Origin: Oxynema aestuarii AP17
Lineage (GTDB): Bacteria; Cyanobacteriota; Cyanobacteriia; Cyanobacteriales; Laspinemataceae
DNA length: 64,000 nucleotides
Direction of reading: 5' to 3'
Assembly (NCBI RefSeq): GCF_012295525.1
Contig: NZ_CP051167.1
Coordinates: 5,557,299 to 5,621,298, forward strand
Shown one piece after another: positions 31,203-40,197 of the stretch. Position 1 is the stretch's first letter; the number at the start of each line of letters is the position of its first letter. The notes beneath the pieces are model-generated. The model saw nothing but the letters and a program-made list of their open reading frames with translations. It did no database searches and had not been told where the DNA came from. The translations under genes were made by a program, and so were the position numbers.

Positions 31203-33548
31203 TCATTCCTCTAACAAACGTTGTAACTCCTGTTCCGTAAATGGGTTTTTATCGTTACGGAGGGAATAAATCCATTCTTTTCGCCAAAACTGTGCTGAGT
31301 TGTTATTAATTGAATCGAGAAATGCTTGGAAATCTTCTATTGCCCCTTCAATGTTTCCCGTCAGCGCTCTTGCCAAACCGCGACTATCTTGATAGACTGC
31401 ATTTTCTGCTTCTAAACTGACTGCTGTTTCACAAGCAAACAGCACTGCAGCCGCGCGACCTTGGAGCGCACCAAAACGACACAGGGTATTCCAAGAACTA
31501 GCCTTTTTTACATTCGGATCGAGATTTTGAGCTTCTTTAAACAAGGCAATTGCTTCATCTATTTCTCCCTTTTTTGCTGATGATTCGCCTTTCTTGAATT
31601 TTTCAATGGCAGCCAAGTAGCGAACAGCCATTTCGGGCTGTTTATATTGTTCATCACTGTTGTCGGAAATTAGATCGATATCCGGATTGAGGTTCTGTGC
31701 TTCTTTAAATTTGGCAATCGCTTTATCGAGTTGCCCCTCTTTCACTAATTTAGTTCCTTCTTCATGTTTTTTATCAGCCGCGAATTGCTTGGCAACAGTT
31801 GCTGCGTCTGTCTCTACTTCTGCAGTGCTCAGATTGAGATCGAGATTAGGGTCGAGAGTTTGCGCTTCTTCAAATCTAGCAATGGCTTCATCGAGGTTTC
31901 CCTCCCTCGCTAACGTGGTTGCTTCTCCACGTTTTTTCACAGCAGTAAATTGATTAGCAACTATTTCTGCATCTGTCTCTACTTCTTTAGTATCAGGATT
32001 GAGATCGAGATTAGGGTCGAGAGTTTGTGCTTCTTTCAATTTGTAAATTGCTTCATCGCGTTTTCCTTCGAGAACCAAATTTTCGGCTTGTTTGACTAAG
32101 GCGGGGACTGCTTTTCGCTGAGAATCGAAAGTTAATTTTAGATTCCACTGTTTTGCTCGCTCGAATTTGTGAATTGCTTCCTCGAACTTTCCTGTTTTAA
32201 CTAGTTGTTCGCCTTGGGCAACTAGAGAAAGTGCAGATGCTTGCAATCGTTGAGGGTTCTGGCAAGATTCTAATTGACTGAATCGATCTGGTCGGCTAAT
32301 ATTATATTCCTCAAGCCAGGTGCAACCACGGTTTATCAGGTCGGGTAAATTCAGATTCCATAATTTCACGGTACTATCTTCACTGCCAGATACCAAGGTT
32401 TTTCCATCCGGGCTAAATGCTAATGCATAAATTGGACCGTTATGAGATAAAAAAGTATGAATTAAAGTACTGTCGGGCTGCCACAATTTCACCGTATTAT
32501 CGGAACTGCCTGATGCGATAGTTTTGCCATCGGGACTGAAGGCGATTGCATTCACTTCACTAGCATGGCTTTCGAGGGTAGCGATTAAACTGCCATCAAG
32601 ATTCCACAGTTTGACCATTTTATCCTTACTGCCTGATGCAATGGTTTTGCCATCGGGACTGAAGGCGATTGTATTAATCTCACTAGCATGACCTTCGAGA
32701 GTAGCAATTAAACTGCCATCAAGATTCCACAGTTTGACCATTGCGTCTGCACCCCCTGATGCGACGGTCTTGGCATCAGGACTGAAGGAGATCGCATTAA
32801 TCTTGCTACTATGGCCTTCGAGAGGAAATGAGGTAATAGACTGGCCATCCTTATGCCACACATGTACTTTTTTGTCGGAAGTAGCTGATAACACTTTTCG
32901 ATCGTCGTCACTAAAAGCTACTGCCAAAATTGAACTCGTATGTTCTGGAAAATTTCTAATTAAGCTACCATCAAGGTTCCAGAGTGCGATCGTTTTATCC
33001 GAACTGCCTGATAGGAGAGTTTTTCCATCCGAACTGAATGTTAGTGTGTTAATGTAGTTTTTATGACCTTGTAGAGTCGTGATTAGAGTACCGTCACGCA
33101 GCGATAATTTCACTGTGTTATCCCTACCGCCCGATGCAATGATTTCTCCATTTGGGCTGAATGCCACTGACCAAACAGAATCTCCATGAGTTGTAAGGTT
33201 AGGAATTGAAGGGGTATTTTTCCGCCAAAACTTCACCGTATTGTTATCACTACCAGAAATAATAGTCTTTCCATCGGGACTAAATCCTACGGTTCTAACT
33301 TTATGAGTATGACCTTCGAGGGTTTTAATTAATTTGCCATCAAGTTTCCACAATTTAACTGTTTTATCATCACTACCGGAGACTAAAGTTTTACCATCTG
33401 GGCTGAATGCGACTTCTCTAATCGCCAATGTATGAGCTTTGATAGTGTTGATTGAAGTGCCGTCGCGCCGCCACAAATTTATGGTGCCATCCCAACTTCC
33501 CGATGCTAATAATTCGCCATTTGGGCTGAATGCGACTATCAACTCCAT
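31203..33548 (-). CDS. WD40-repeat (14-15 blades) plus C-terminal TPR-like repeat region; C-terminal portion of a frameshifted NTPase-WD40-TPR gene
   Basis: Repeated GH...(A/V)FSPDG(K/E)(T/I)(I/L)(A/V)SGS.D.T(V/I)KLW units. The C-terminus has four EAIxKFEEAQTLDPNLDLN TPR-like units. The N-terminus overlaps the upstream ORF in another frame. Confidence 0.8.
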   Translation of the reverse strand: MELIVAFSPNGELLASGSWDGTINLWRRDGTSINTIKAHTLAIREVAFSPDGKTLVSGSDDKTVKLWKLDGKLIKTLEGHTHKVRTVGFSPDGKTIISGSDNNTVKFWRKNTPSIPNLTTHGDSVWSVAFSPNGEIIASGGRDNTVKLSLRDGTLITTLQGHKNYINTLTFSSDGKTLLSGSSDKTIALWNLDGSLIRNFPEHTSSILAVAFSDDDRKVLSATSDKKVHVWHKDGQSITSFPLEGHSSKINAISFSPDAKTVASGGADAMVKLWNLDGSLIATLEGHASEINTIAFSPDGKTIASGSKDKMVKLWNLDGSLIATLESHASEVNAIAFSPDGKTIASGSSDNTVKLWQPDSTLIHTFLSHNGPIYALAFSPDGKTLVSGSEDSTVKLWNLNLPDLINRGCTWLEEYNISRPDRFSQLESCQNPQRLQASALSLVAQGEQLVKTGKFEEAIHKFERAKQWNLKLTFDSQRKAVPALVKQAENLVLEGKRDEAIYKLKEAQTLDPNLDLNPDTKEVETDAEIVANQFTAVKKRGEATTLAREGNLDEAIARFEEAQTLDPNLDLNLSTAEVETDAATVAKQFAADKKHEEGTKLVKEGQLDKAIAKFKEAQNLNPDIDLISDNSDEQYKQPEMAVRYLAAIEKFKKGESSAKKGEIDEAIALFKEAQNLDPNVKKASSWNTLCRFGALQGRAAAVLFACETAVSLEAENAVYQDSRGLARALTGNIEGAIEDFQAFLDSINNNSAQFWRKEWIYSLRNDKNPFTEQELQRLLEE

Positions 33549-35541
33549 CTATATGACCCTTGAGGGTTGTAATTAAGGTGCCGTCAGGTCGCCACAATTT
33601 CACGGTTTTGTCCGAACTACCTGATGCAATGATTGCCCCATCTGGACTGAATGCTACTGCATAAACTACATCCTTATGACCTTCGAGGGTTGTAATTAAG
33701 GTGCCGTCAGGTCGCCACAATTTCACGGTTTTGTCCGAACTACCTGATGCAATGATTGCCCCATCTGGACTGAATGCTACTGCATAAACTACATCCTTAT
33801 GACCTTCGAGGGTTGTAATTAAGGTGCCGTCAGGTCGCCACAATTTCACTTTCTTGTCCCAACTGCCAGAAGCCAAAATTTCCCCATTCGGGCTGAATGC
33901 TACTGCCCTAACTTGATCTGTGTGACCTTCGAGGGTGTTAATTAAGGTGCCATTGGTCTGCCACAACTTCACTGTTTTATCCCGACTGCCTGATGCAATG
34001 ATTTTTCCATCTGGGCTGAATGCTGTTGCCCAAACCCAATGGGTATGACCTTCAAGACGGTTGAACTCCTCAATGTCATAAACTACTTGTTGCAATGCCA
34101 TGATGGGATGCATTTGCGTTGCGACAGTATGACCTTGGGCTTCTAAGTCTTGCAATTTTTGGGCAGTTTTTAAAGCTTCGACTAAGGCTTCAATTTTCTG
34201 GTTGGAATTAAAAAATTCTCGGCTTTTGAGACTCATGGCTAGGATTTCCGCATTGATTTCCCGGCGTTTGGCGTCTCTCGCGAGAAAAATTGCTGTCGCA
34301 GTCGCGGCAGAGAGAGCGAAAATAAAGGTTAAAGCTCCTGCCAAACTGCGTTGCAACAGTTTCACTCGCGCCCGTTCCGCCTGTTGTTTCCCGGCTTCGG
34401 CTTCGGCGAGGCGTCGTTCGAGGTCGTAGTGATACCGTTGCCGGATGGGTTCGACGAGGTAATCGTGGACGAGTTGGTAGCAGTCTGCGGCGGCGTCGAT
34501 CCAGTGTACGACTAAGCCGGAACCGACGAGGACGGTTAAAATCGCGTCTTGCAAGTGAGGGGCTTGAGGTCTGGTCGCCGCGTCTAACTCTAAGGCGGCT
34601 TGGAGGTCGGCATAAGTGCGGCTGGGACGGGTGCCTTTGTCGTCGGTTAAGGCGGCGAGGACTTTCCAGGCGGCTTCGATGTTGGGCGGGCCGCAGTCAG
34701 CTACTGCGGTTTCCAGCCATCGTTGTACGAGGGTGGTTTTGGGTTCGTCGCCGAGGTGGCGGTAGCGGTCGAGGTCGGTGATGTTCTCGGCTTGCAGTTG
34801 GGCGCCGACGATTTGCAGTTCGATGGGGCGGACGGCATCGACTTCGCTGGCGAGGTCGGCGACGACGGCATCGATTAACTCGGGTTGTAAGGACAAATGC
34901 GCTCGTTGGCTCAATTCGAGGATGACTTTACGGGCGCTGTCGGCGTCGAAGTTGCCGAGATAGTAACGATATTTGGGGTTTAACAGGTCGCCCCGGATGT
35001 CGGCGACTTGGGTAAAGCGCTCGAATTCTAGGAGTTCGTGTAAGTAATCTTGCCTTAAGGAAAGGATGATTTTGACGAGGGGAATGGTTTTGGCGTCGAG
35101 GCAGCGTTCGAGAAATTCGTAGAACTGGCGGCGTTGTTTCGGTTGGGGACAAGCTAAGAAAAATTCCTCAAATTGGTCGAAAATTAGCACGGTTAGCCAG
35201 TGGTTCGCCCCGTTGCGCCGTAATTGTCCTTCGATCGCCTCCAAACTGTCCCAATGGGCGTCCGGTTGCCCCATGATTTCCGCCAATGCCGCCCCTAATT
35301 CTTCTGTCCAGGTTTGGCGATCTCGTTCCCGGTCGGACTGAGGCTGGAATAGCGCACCCATTCCGTCTCGCAGTTCCTTGACCTTATGCCATAAATACGG
35401 GTCAGCCTGATCGGGACGTAAGCAAGCTACCCCATTCGGGATGGCTTTAGATGGGGCGCATCCACTGTTACCCCCACACACCGGACAGGGGTTTTGTTTA
35501 TTGAAACTCCGAAGACTTACCGGGGAGGTCATAGCCCGCAC
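33418..35541 (-). CDS. STAND/NACHT-like NTPase remnant (Walker B and winged-helix region, no P-loop) fused to 5 WD40 repeats; N-terminal portion of the same disrupted gene
   Basis: LTVLIFDQFEEF (Walker-B-like) and LVKIILSLRQDYLHELLEF (NACHT-like) motifs, but no GxxxxGK(S/T). An N-terminal Cys cluster (CPVCGGNSGC). Then WD40 units (HTHWVWATAFSPDGKIIASGSRDKTVKLW...). Confidence 0.7.
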   Translation of the reverse strand: MRAMTSPVSLRSFNKQNPCPVCGGNSGCAPSKAIPNGVACLRPDQADPYLWHKVKELRDGMGALFQPQSDRERDRQTWTEELGAALAEIMGQPDAHWDSLEAIEGQLRRNGANHWLTVLIFDQFEEFFLACPQPKQRRQFYEFLERCLDAKTIPLVKIILSLRQDYLHELLEFERFTQVADIRGDLLNPKYRYYLGNFDADSARKVILELSQRAHLSLQPELIDAVVADLASEVDAVRPIELQIVGAQLQAENITDLDRYRHLGDEPKTTLVQRWLETAVADCGPPNIEAAWKVLAALTDDKGTRPSRTYADLQAALELDAATRPQAPHLQDAILTVLVGSGLVVHWIDAAADCYQLVHDYLVEPIRQRYHYDLERRLAEAEAGKQQAERARVKLLQRSLAGALTFIFALSAATATAIFLARDAKRREINAEILAMSLKSREFFNSNQKIEALVEALKTAQKLQDLEAQGHTVATQMHPIMALQQVVYDIEEFNRLEGHTHWVWATAFSPDGKIIASGSRDKTVKLWQTNGTLINTLEGHTDQVRAVAFSPNGEILASGSWDKKVKLWRPDGTLITTLEGHKDVVYAVAFSPDGAIIASGSSDKTVKLWRPDGTLITTLEGHKDVVYAVAFSPDGAIIASGSSDKTVKLWRPDGTLITTLKGHIDGVDSRIQPKWRIISIGKLGWHHKFVAARRHFNQHYQSSYIGD
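33565..33850. repeat. perfect 126-bp tandem duplication (x2.3) encoding one 42-aa WD40 blade
   Basis: gttgtaattaaggtgccgtcaggtcgccacaatttcacggttttgtccgaactacctgatgcaatgattgccccatctggactgaatgctactgcataaactacatccttatgaccttcgagg occurs twice identically, with a third partial copy. Confidence 0.8.
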
Positions 35542-35813
35542 CCTCCGAAGTCGAGTTCAAGTTGCTGGGTTTTCGGTGCTGTTTTGGTTTGGGCGCAACC
35601 CTTTAGATCTTCAAATTCAAGCCGCCCCACCTTCCGCCACCAGCGATCGCACCGCAAGCAGTGAAGCGAAGCCGGATAATTGCCCTGGGGGTGGAGTTCC
35701 AGGCGAGTCTCGCGGCATCCGCAAGATGCACACCCGTGAATATGGGGAGGTAATTTTTTTAATCCCCGGTATCCCGGTCGGGATTCCAAAGAAGGTGATA
35801 TTATGTTTTTCAT
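35529..35813 (-). CDS. small zinc-ribbon-like ORF, possibly an out-of-frame N-terminal piece of the NTPase-WD40 gene
   Basis: HGCASCGC...HCLRCDRWW (CxxC...CxxC). Ends 13 nt inside the next ORF in a different frame. Confidence 0.3.
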   Translation of the reverse strand: MKNIISPSLESRPGYRGLKKLPPHIHGCASCGCRETRLELHPQGNYPASLHCLRCDRWWRKVGRLEFEDLKGCAQTKTAPKTQQLELDFGGCGL

Positions 35814-36217
35814 GAGGGTCCTTCGTGGTGGGAGCGACCCTCGCGCTTCAAAAAACCTTAGAAAAAATCTCTTTATTATCCTAGTGGTGCTAAGATAAAT
35901 CCAGTATTAAATTGATTGATTTTTTCTTTGGGGGTCTCGTGTGGTTGTCGCCAAACAACCAGGAAGCGCGGGGCCTTCTTCCGTTTGTACAGATTGAATT
36001 GTACCCCAGAAATCGGGGACTTGGTAATACCTTTTTGTAAATTGTTTCCCGGTTGGGGAAATTTTCACCCTTCATCGCACCAGGGTGAATTTCCCCTTTA
36101 ACCTTGCCACACCTTATCGGTAGTCTGATTGAGAATTAGTTGCTGTTAGCGAAATATTTGGGGTTTGCACTAATAAAAATCTCAGATTATGCCGTGCGAA
36201 CCCGGTAAACCAGGGAA

Positions 36218-36574
36218 TCATTGGAGATTTTCTTGAGCTTTTTCTAAGGCAATAGTTAACCCATCGGCTAACCTGACGACCTCGGACTGCACCCCATTAC
36301 CTGAAAAATCCCCATCACGGAATAGGGCCAACAGGTACCGATCGCGCTCAGTTTCGGAGAATTTCGCCGAGAGGGGGTCCCGGTTCGCGGCTGTATTCGC
36401 ATAAATGCAGCAAGAAGGAGCGAGTCTGACGATCGCCCCTGGGGATTCTCTATGGAAAATTTTAGTCCAGAGGAGAGCGAGTTGGATCGCCGCGATCGCC
36501 CTGTCAGGACTGGCGGCGACTCGTTGGAGTTGACCCGTCGGATGGTGGTGATCGCGTGGTGCAGACCAGACCAT
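36218..36574 (-). CDS. hypothetical protein
   Basis: 118-aa ORF overlapping a second ORF in another frame. The C-terminal part is plausibly protein-like. Weak call. Confidence 0.2.
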   Translation of the reverse strand: MVWSAPRDHHHPTGQLQRVAASPDRAIAAIQLALLWTKIFHRESPGAIVRLAPSCCIYANTAANRDPLSAKFSETERDRYLLALFRDGDFSGNGVQSEVVRLADGLTIALEKAQENLQ

Positions 36575-36699
36575 CGAAGGGGTTTAGAAGGGTGGGACAT
36601 CCTCGCCGGGTGTAAGTTGTCAGAATCATTCGGGGGGTCCTTTTTAAATAATCAGTATAAATAAAAGGGCGATCGCAGTTGAGAGGCGATCGCCCCTGG

Positions 36700-36927
36700 T
36701 TAGTCGTTAGCAGTTTTGATAAGGTCCCCCGGTTCGCACTGCAACAGTTCGCAGAGTCGGGTCAGTTTTTCGTGATCTAGTCCTGGCGGGACAATATCCG
36801 AATTTTTATATCTACTTGCCGTGGTGCGGCTAACCTCCAAGATTTCCGCGAGTTCCCCTACGCTTACCCTCTTAAGCGCCATCAACGCTCGCAGGTTCCA
36901 GTAAATCTCCATAACGGTTGCCATCAT
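36700..36927 (-). CDS. XRE-family (Cro/CI-type) helix-turn-helix transcriptional regulator
   Basis: LKRVSVGELAEILEVSRTTASRYKNSDIVP...LTRLCELLQCEPGDLI. HTH_XRE pattern, including the C-terminal Lxx LxCxxxDL segment. Confidence 0.7.
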   Translation of the reverse strand: MMATVMEIYWNLRALMALKRVSVGELAEILEVSRTTASRYKNSDIVPPGLDHEKLTRLCELLQCEPGDLIKTAND

Positions 36928-37353
36928 ATATCATTCCTCTCTGCTATTGTTCCACGGGGCGGGTTATTTGATGTGTTCAGCGAGTCAGCCCGCTCCTTTC
37001 ATTGTAACCCCTTTGGGTCCTGCTATAATCCACTATATAGGACAAATAACCTTTATAAATTGACAAATATCCCATGCTACGCTACATTAAAATATTGGAA
37101 CCGACAAGACCCCCAGAGACTCCCGGAGTAACCCGGTAAACCAAATCTTGTCCCTGCGATCGACTCGGAATCCTGCAAAAAAAACGAGACCCCATAGCCC
37201 GAAAGCTACAGGGTCCCACCTTACGGGAGATTTCTCCCCCATGAACCGAACATTGACAACCGAATAATCATTTTCATGACCGTATCGGTCTAGTCCTAGG
37301 CGCGCCAACGCTTTGGACCGTATTTCAGTTCAAGTAGTTTTTCAACTAACACT

Positions 37354-37761
37354 ATGACTACTCTATCAATTTCAAGCCCCAAGTGCATGGGATTTTACTC
37401 CCAGGGACTCCAAGATAAGCTCTATCCCTTTGTTGAGAACGGCCAGAGGCTAACACTTGACGATGCCATCCGCCTGATCCACCTATCCAGCGAAGGTGCT
37501 TGGTGGGCGATGCAAAAAGGAATGGACCAGGCGATCGGCCAAATCATGAGTGACCTCGAAGCCGACTCTATGGATTGCGTTCCCTTTGACGGCTTTGATT
37601 CCGACGCTGATGAGTTCCGGGCCCTCAAACTCGAACTCACCGAATGGTTAGCCCTAGCCCGGTGGAGTTCGGAACTGGCTGAACTGCGGCTCAATGATTA
37701 CACCCGAGCCAAAGTCAGCGAGATGGCTGCACAGTCGCCTCCAATCTGGGAGGTACTCTGA
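37354..37761 (+). CDS. hypothetical protein (first of three translationally coupled small ORFs)
   Basis: 135 aa. Its stop overlaps the next start (TGATG). No known motifs. Confidence 0.4.
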   Translation: MTTLSISSPKCMGFYSQGLQDKLYPFVENGQRLTLDDAIRLIHLSSEGAWWAMQKGMDQAIGQIMSDLEADSMDCVPFDGFDSDADEFRALKLELTEWLALARWSSELAELRLNDYTRAKVSEMAAQSPPIWEVL

Positions 37762-38054
37762 TGCAACTACCCAACAAGCTGGCCCCCTTTATTCAGCTAG
37801 ATAACCTCTGCTACGAAGACAAGCTCGACCTCCTAATCGTTGCCACCCAAGCTCTAAAGCAGTGCCACTCTAATAGCCATTACGAAATCGACCTGCTTAA
37901 CGCCCTCGAAAATTCAGACTGTACGCAGGACGCCTTTGAGGGCATCACCGAAAGTCACGAATTTCTCGAAGTGACCCTCACCGAGGTGGAATGGATCCAG
38001 TTCTCCCAGGCTGTTTTAACAGCACTCAAGTTGGTGTTTGAGGTCGCGAAATGA
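37761..38054 (+). CDS. hypothetical protein
   Basis: 97 aa. Start overlaps the previous stop; its stop overlaps the next start (ATGA). Confidence 0.4.
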   Translation: MQLPNKLAPFIQLDNLCYEDKLDLLIVATQALKQCHSNSHYEIDLLNALENSDCTQDAFEGITESHEFLEVTLTEVEWIQFSQAVLTALKLVFEVAK

Positions 38055-38233
38055 ACAACGTTGAGGAGCGAACCATTCATTGGGAGTCGGTCCTGATGGC
38101 TACCCCACTCCCCGGCGAATTAGTGACCTATGTCGCCACCATCCTCGTTCAAGATGAAAACTGGGGTTTTGATGCCCGGACCCGTCAGCAGCAGGCTATC
38201 ATGGCCCGCGCTGCTCAGTCGGTGAGCCTTTAG
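38051..38233 (+). CDS. hypothetical small protein
   Basis: 60 aa. Coupled to the upstream ORF. Confidence 0.35.
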   Translation: MNNVEERTIHWESVLMATPLPGELVTYVATILVQDENWGFDARTRQQQAIMARAAQSVSL

Positions 38234-38579
38234 GAGGTACGCCGATGAGCATTTTCCTTGACATTGGCCTGACCCTCTCCCTCGGTTACCTCTGGTTTCT
38301 GGCATCAGTTGCCCGTGCTCCGGACTGCCGAACCGATAGGTGCGATCGCCTGGATCCGAGTGAAAAAAGACCCCTAATTTATCGATCATAACTTGAGGGA
38401 CATCTTTCACTCCCTAAGTATCTCATCAGCCCTCACAAGACCTGCCTAGGTACTTAGGCCAAAAACTACCTCAAATAACCTCAGATAGCGGGATAGAGAT
38501 AATTCTGTCCCGCTATTCTATTGGTTCCTTCTTAGACCTATCAAGACCTATACAGACCCATAAGGAGTTATACAGTCCT

Positions 38580-39590
38580 ATGCAACCTTACGCGCTTGAT
38601 TTAGGCAACGGATACACGAAATTCTCACGCGGCTCAACCCCTCAGATGATGCCCTCCTACATCTGTGAAGCCCTAGATCCATCAGAGTTGTGTGACGACA
38701 TTGGCTTCGGTGCAATTATCAAATACACCGTCGGAGAGCGCACTGACCTAGCCGGACGAATTTGGGCAGTAGGGGAAGCGGCTAAAACCTCATTCCCAGG
38801 CGCTTTCAGTCGAGTCGTTGATAGCGAGAATTCAACCGGGAAAGTTGATTTTGCACTTCATTTTGCACTCGCTGGACTCCCCCCAGTGAGTCACGGCCAA
38901 TACTTCCAAATTCCGATGATGTATGCCAGTCTGCCTGACCCGGCACTACTGGGAAGCGCCTTCAAACGAGCCATCATCGGCACTCACCGATACATTCATA
39001 ACGGAGTGGAGGCGAGCGCCACAATCGACGATGTGACCGTACTCCATGAAGGTCAGGGAGCTTTCGTTTATGCCTTATCCCAGGGGGTTTTTCCCAGTGG
39101 AACAGCTAACGCGATTATCGACTGTGGGAATGGCACGACAATCGCTCAAGCCTTCAGTCCCAACGGGCATTTAATCCCTAAAAGTCGCACAGTTTCTCAG
39201 GTTGGGGTGTTTCATTTGCTCAAGTCAATCGCCTCGGATATCCGGTTCAAAAAAACCCTCGGGAAAGAAGGGAATATTCACCTGATTCAGCAGGCAATCG
39301 AGGATGGCTCACTCAGCTACGGCTCCCGGAATATTGACATCAGCAACATCTACCGTGAACACCGCAACCGCTGGGCATCACAAGCCCTCAAGAAAGCCCT
39401 CGAAAAGTTTAGCACGATGAAGGATGAAATCGACACCATTTTATTGATTGGCGGTGGCGCAAACATCGTCAAAATCTTAGCCGAAAAGAAAGACTCGATT
39501 GAGTTATGCCCGGAGCCTCAGTTAGCCAATGTCTTAGGTTTAGCAAAGTTGGCAGACAAGCGAATCCGTAACCTTCGGAGTGTGGCGTAA
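38580..39590 (+). CDS. actin-like ATPase of the ParM/StbA plasmid-segregation family
   Basis: Phosphate-1 motif LDLGNGYTK at the N-terminus, phosphate-2 IDCGNGTTIAQ, adenosine motif LLIGGGANIV. 336 aa. Confidence 0.75.
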   Translation: MQPYALDLGNGYTKFSRGSTPQMMPSYICEALDPSELCDDIGFGAIIKYTVGERTDLAGRIWAVGEAAKTSFPGAFSRVVDSENSTGKVDFALHFALAGLPPVSHGQYFQIPMMYASLPDPALLGSAFKRAIIGTHRYIHNGVEASATIDDVTVLHEGQGAFVYALSQGVFPSGTANAIIDCGNGTTIAQAFSPNGHLIPKSRTVSQVGVFHLLKSIASDIRFKKTLGKEGNIHLIQQAIEDGSLSYGSRNIDISNIYREHRNRWASQALKKALEKFSTMKDEIDTILLIGGGANIVKILAEKKDSIELCPEPQLANVLGLAKLADKRIRNLRSVA

Positions 39591-39805
39591 TGGGCAAAAA
39601 ATTAACCCTCCGGACTGAGCTTATCCCCTTGGTTGAATCCTTCGCCAGTGCTAAAGGGGACGACTCCCTTGGAGCGGCGATGAATCGGCTGATTTATCTG
39701 GGATTGAAAGCTGAAGGATTTATCCCTCATGCCACCCATACAAAAGGTGGCAATACTTCCCCCAACAATGACGACTTAGAAATACTCGGAGTCATTGACT
39801 TATGA
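39590..39805 (+). CDS. small putative ribbon-helix-helix DNA-binding protein (ParR-like adaptor candidate)
   Basis: 71 aa. KKLTLRTELIPLVESFASAKGDDSLGAAMNRLIYLGL fits a beta-strand, helix, turn, helix pattern. Overlaps the parM-like stop (TAATG). Position matches the parMR order. Confidence 0.35.
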   Translation: MGKKLTLRTELIPLVESFASAKGDDSLGAAMNRLIYLGLKAEGFIPHATHTKGGNTSPNNDDLEILGVIDL

Positions 39806-40089
39806 ACTACAAAATTACCACCCTTATTACCTGCATAGTCGGTTCAATGCTCACCATGATCCTCGTCCTCGGTGCGCTTGAACCCCAGGTCGATTCAGCC
39901 CGGATGATGACCATTGCCATCTTATGCGGCATAGGGTCAGCTATTGCAAACATAGTGTTTCAACGGCGGCGCTGTCCCCCAGCTTCCGACTCCCTCCAGA
40001 GCCTTCTGCGCGGAGGGCGACTTTCACCGGCGCAGCAATTCACCATCCTGGATGCGATCGCCATCTTGGACGAGCGAGAAAAGGCGTAA
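39802..40089 (+). CDS. small integral membrane protein
   Basis: Two hydrophobic helices (ITTLITCIVGSMLTMILVLGAL; MTIAILCGIGSAIANIVF). Overlapping start and stop. Confidence 0.4.
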   Translation: MNYKITTLITCIVGSMLTMILVLGALEPQVDSARMMTIAILCGIGSAIANIVFQRRRCPPASDSLQSLLRGGRLSPAQQFTILDAIAILDEREKA

Positions 40090-40197
40090 CAACCGGGAAA
40101 CCAACCACTGTAACCATTGAGATTCCGTGGGTTGGGTTTCAGATGTAACCAACAGATTTAACCAACCCCACCCCCTGAAAAATAGGAGATTAAGCCC

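Noticed and set aside
36268-36600. Second overlapping minus-strand ORF (110 aa) upstream of the XRE gene
   Set aside because: Ser/Arg-rich low-complexity translation overlapping 36218-36574 in another frame. At most one of the two is real; neither has motifs.
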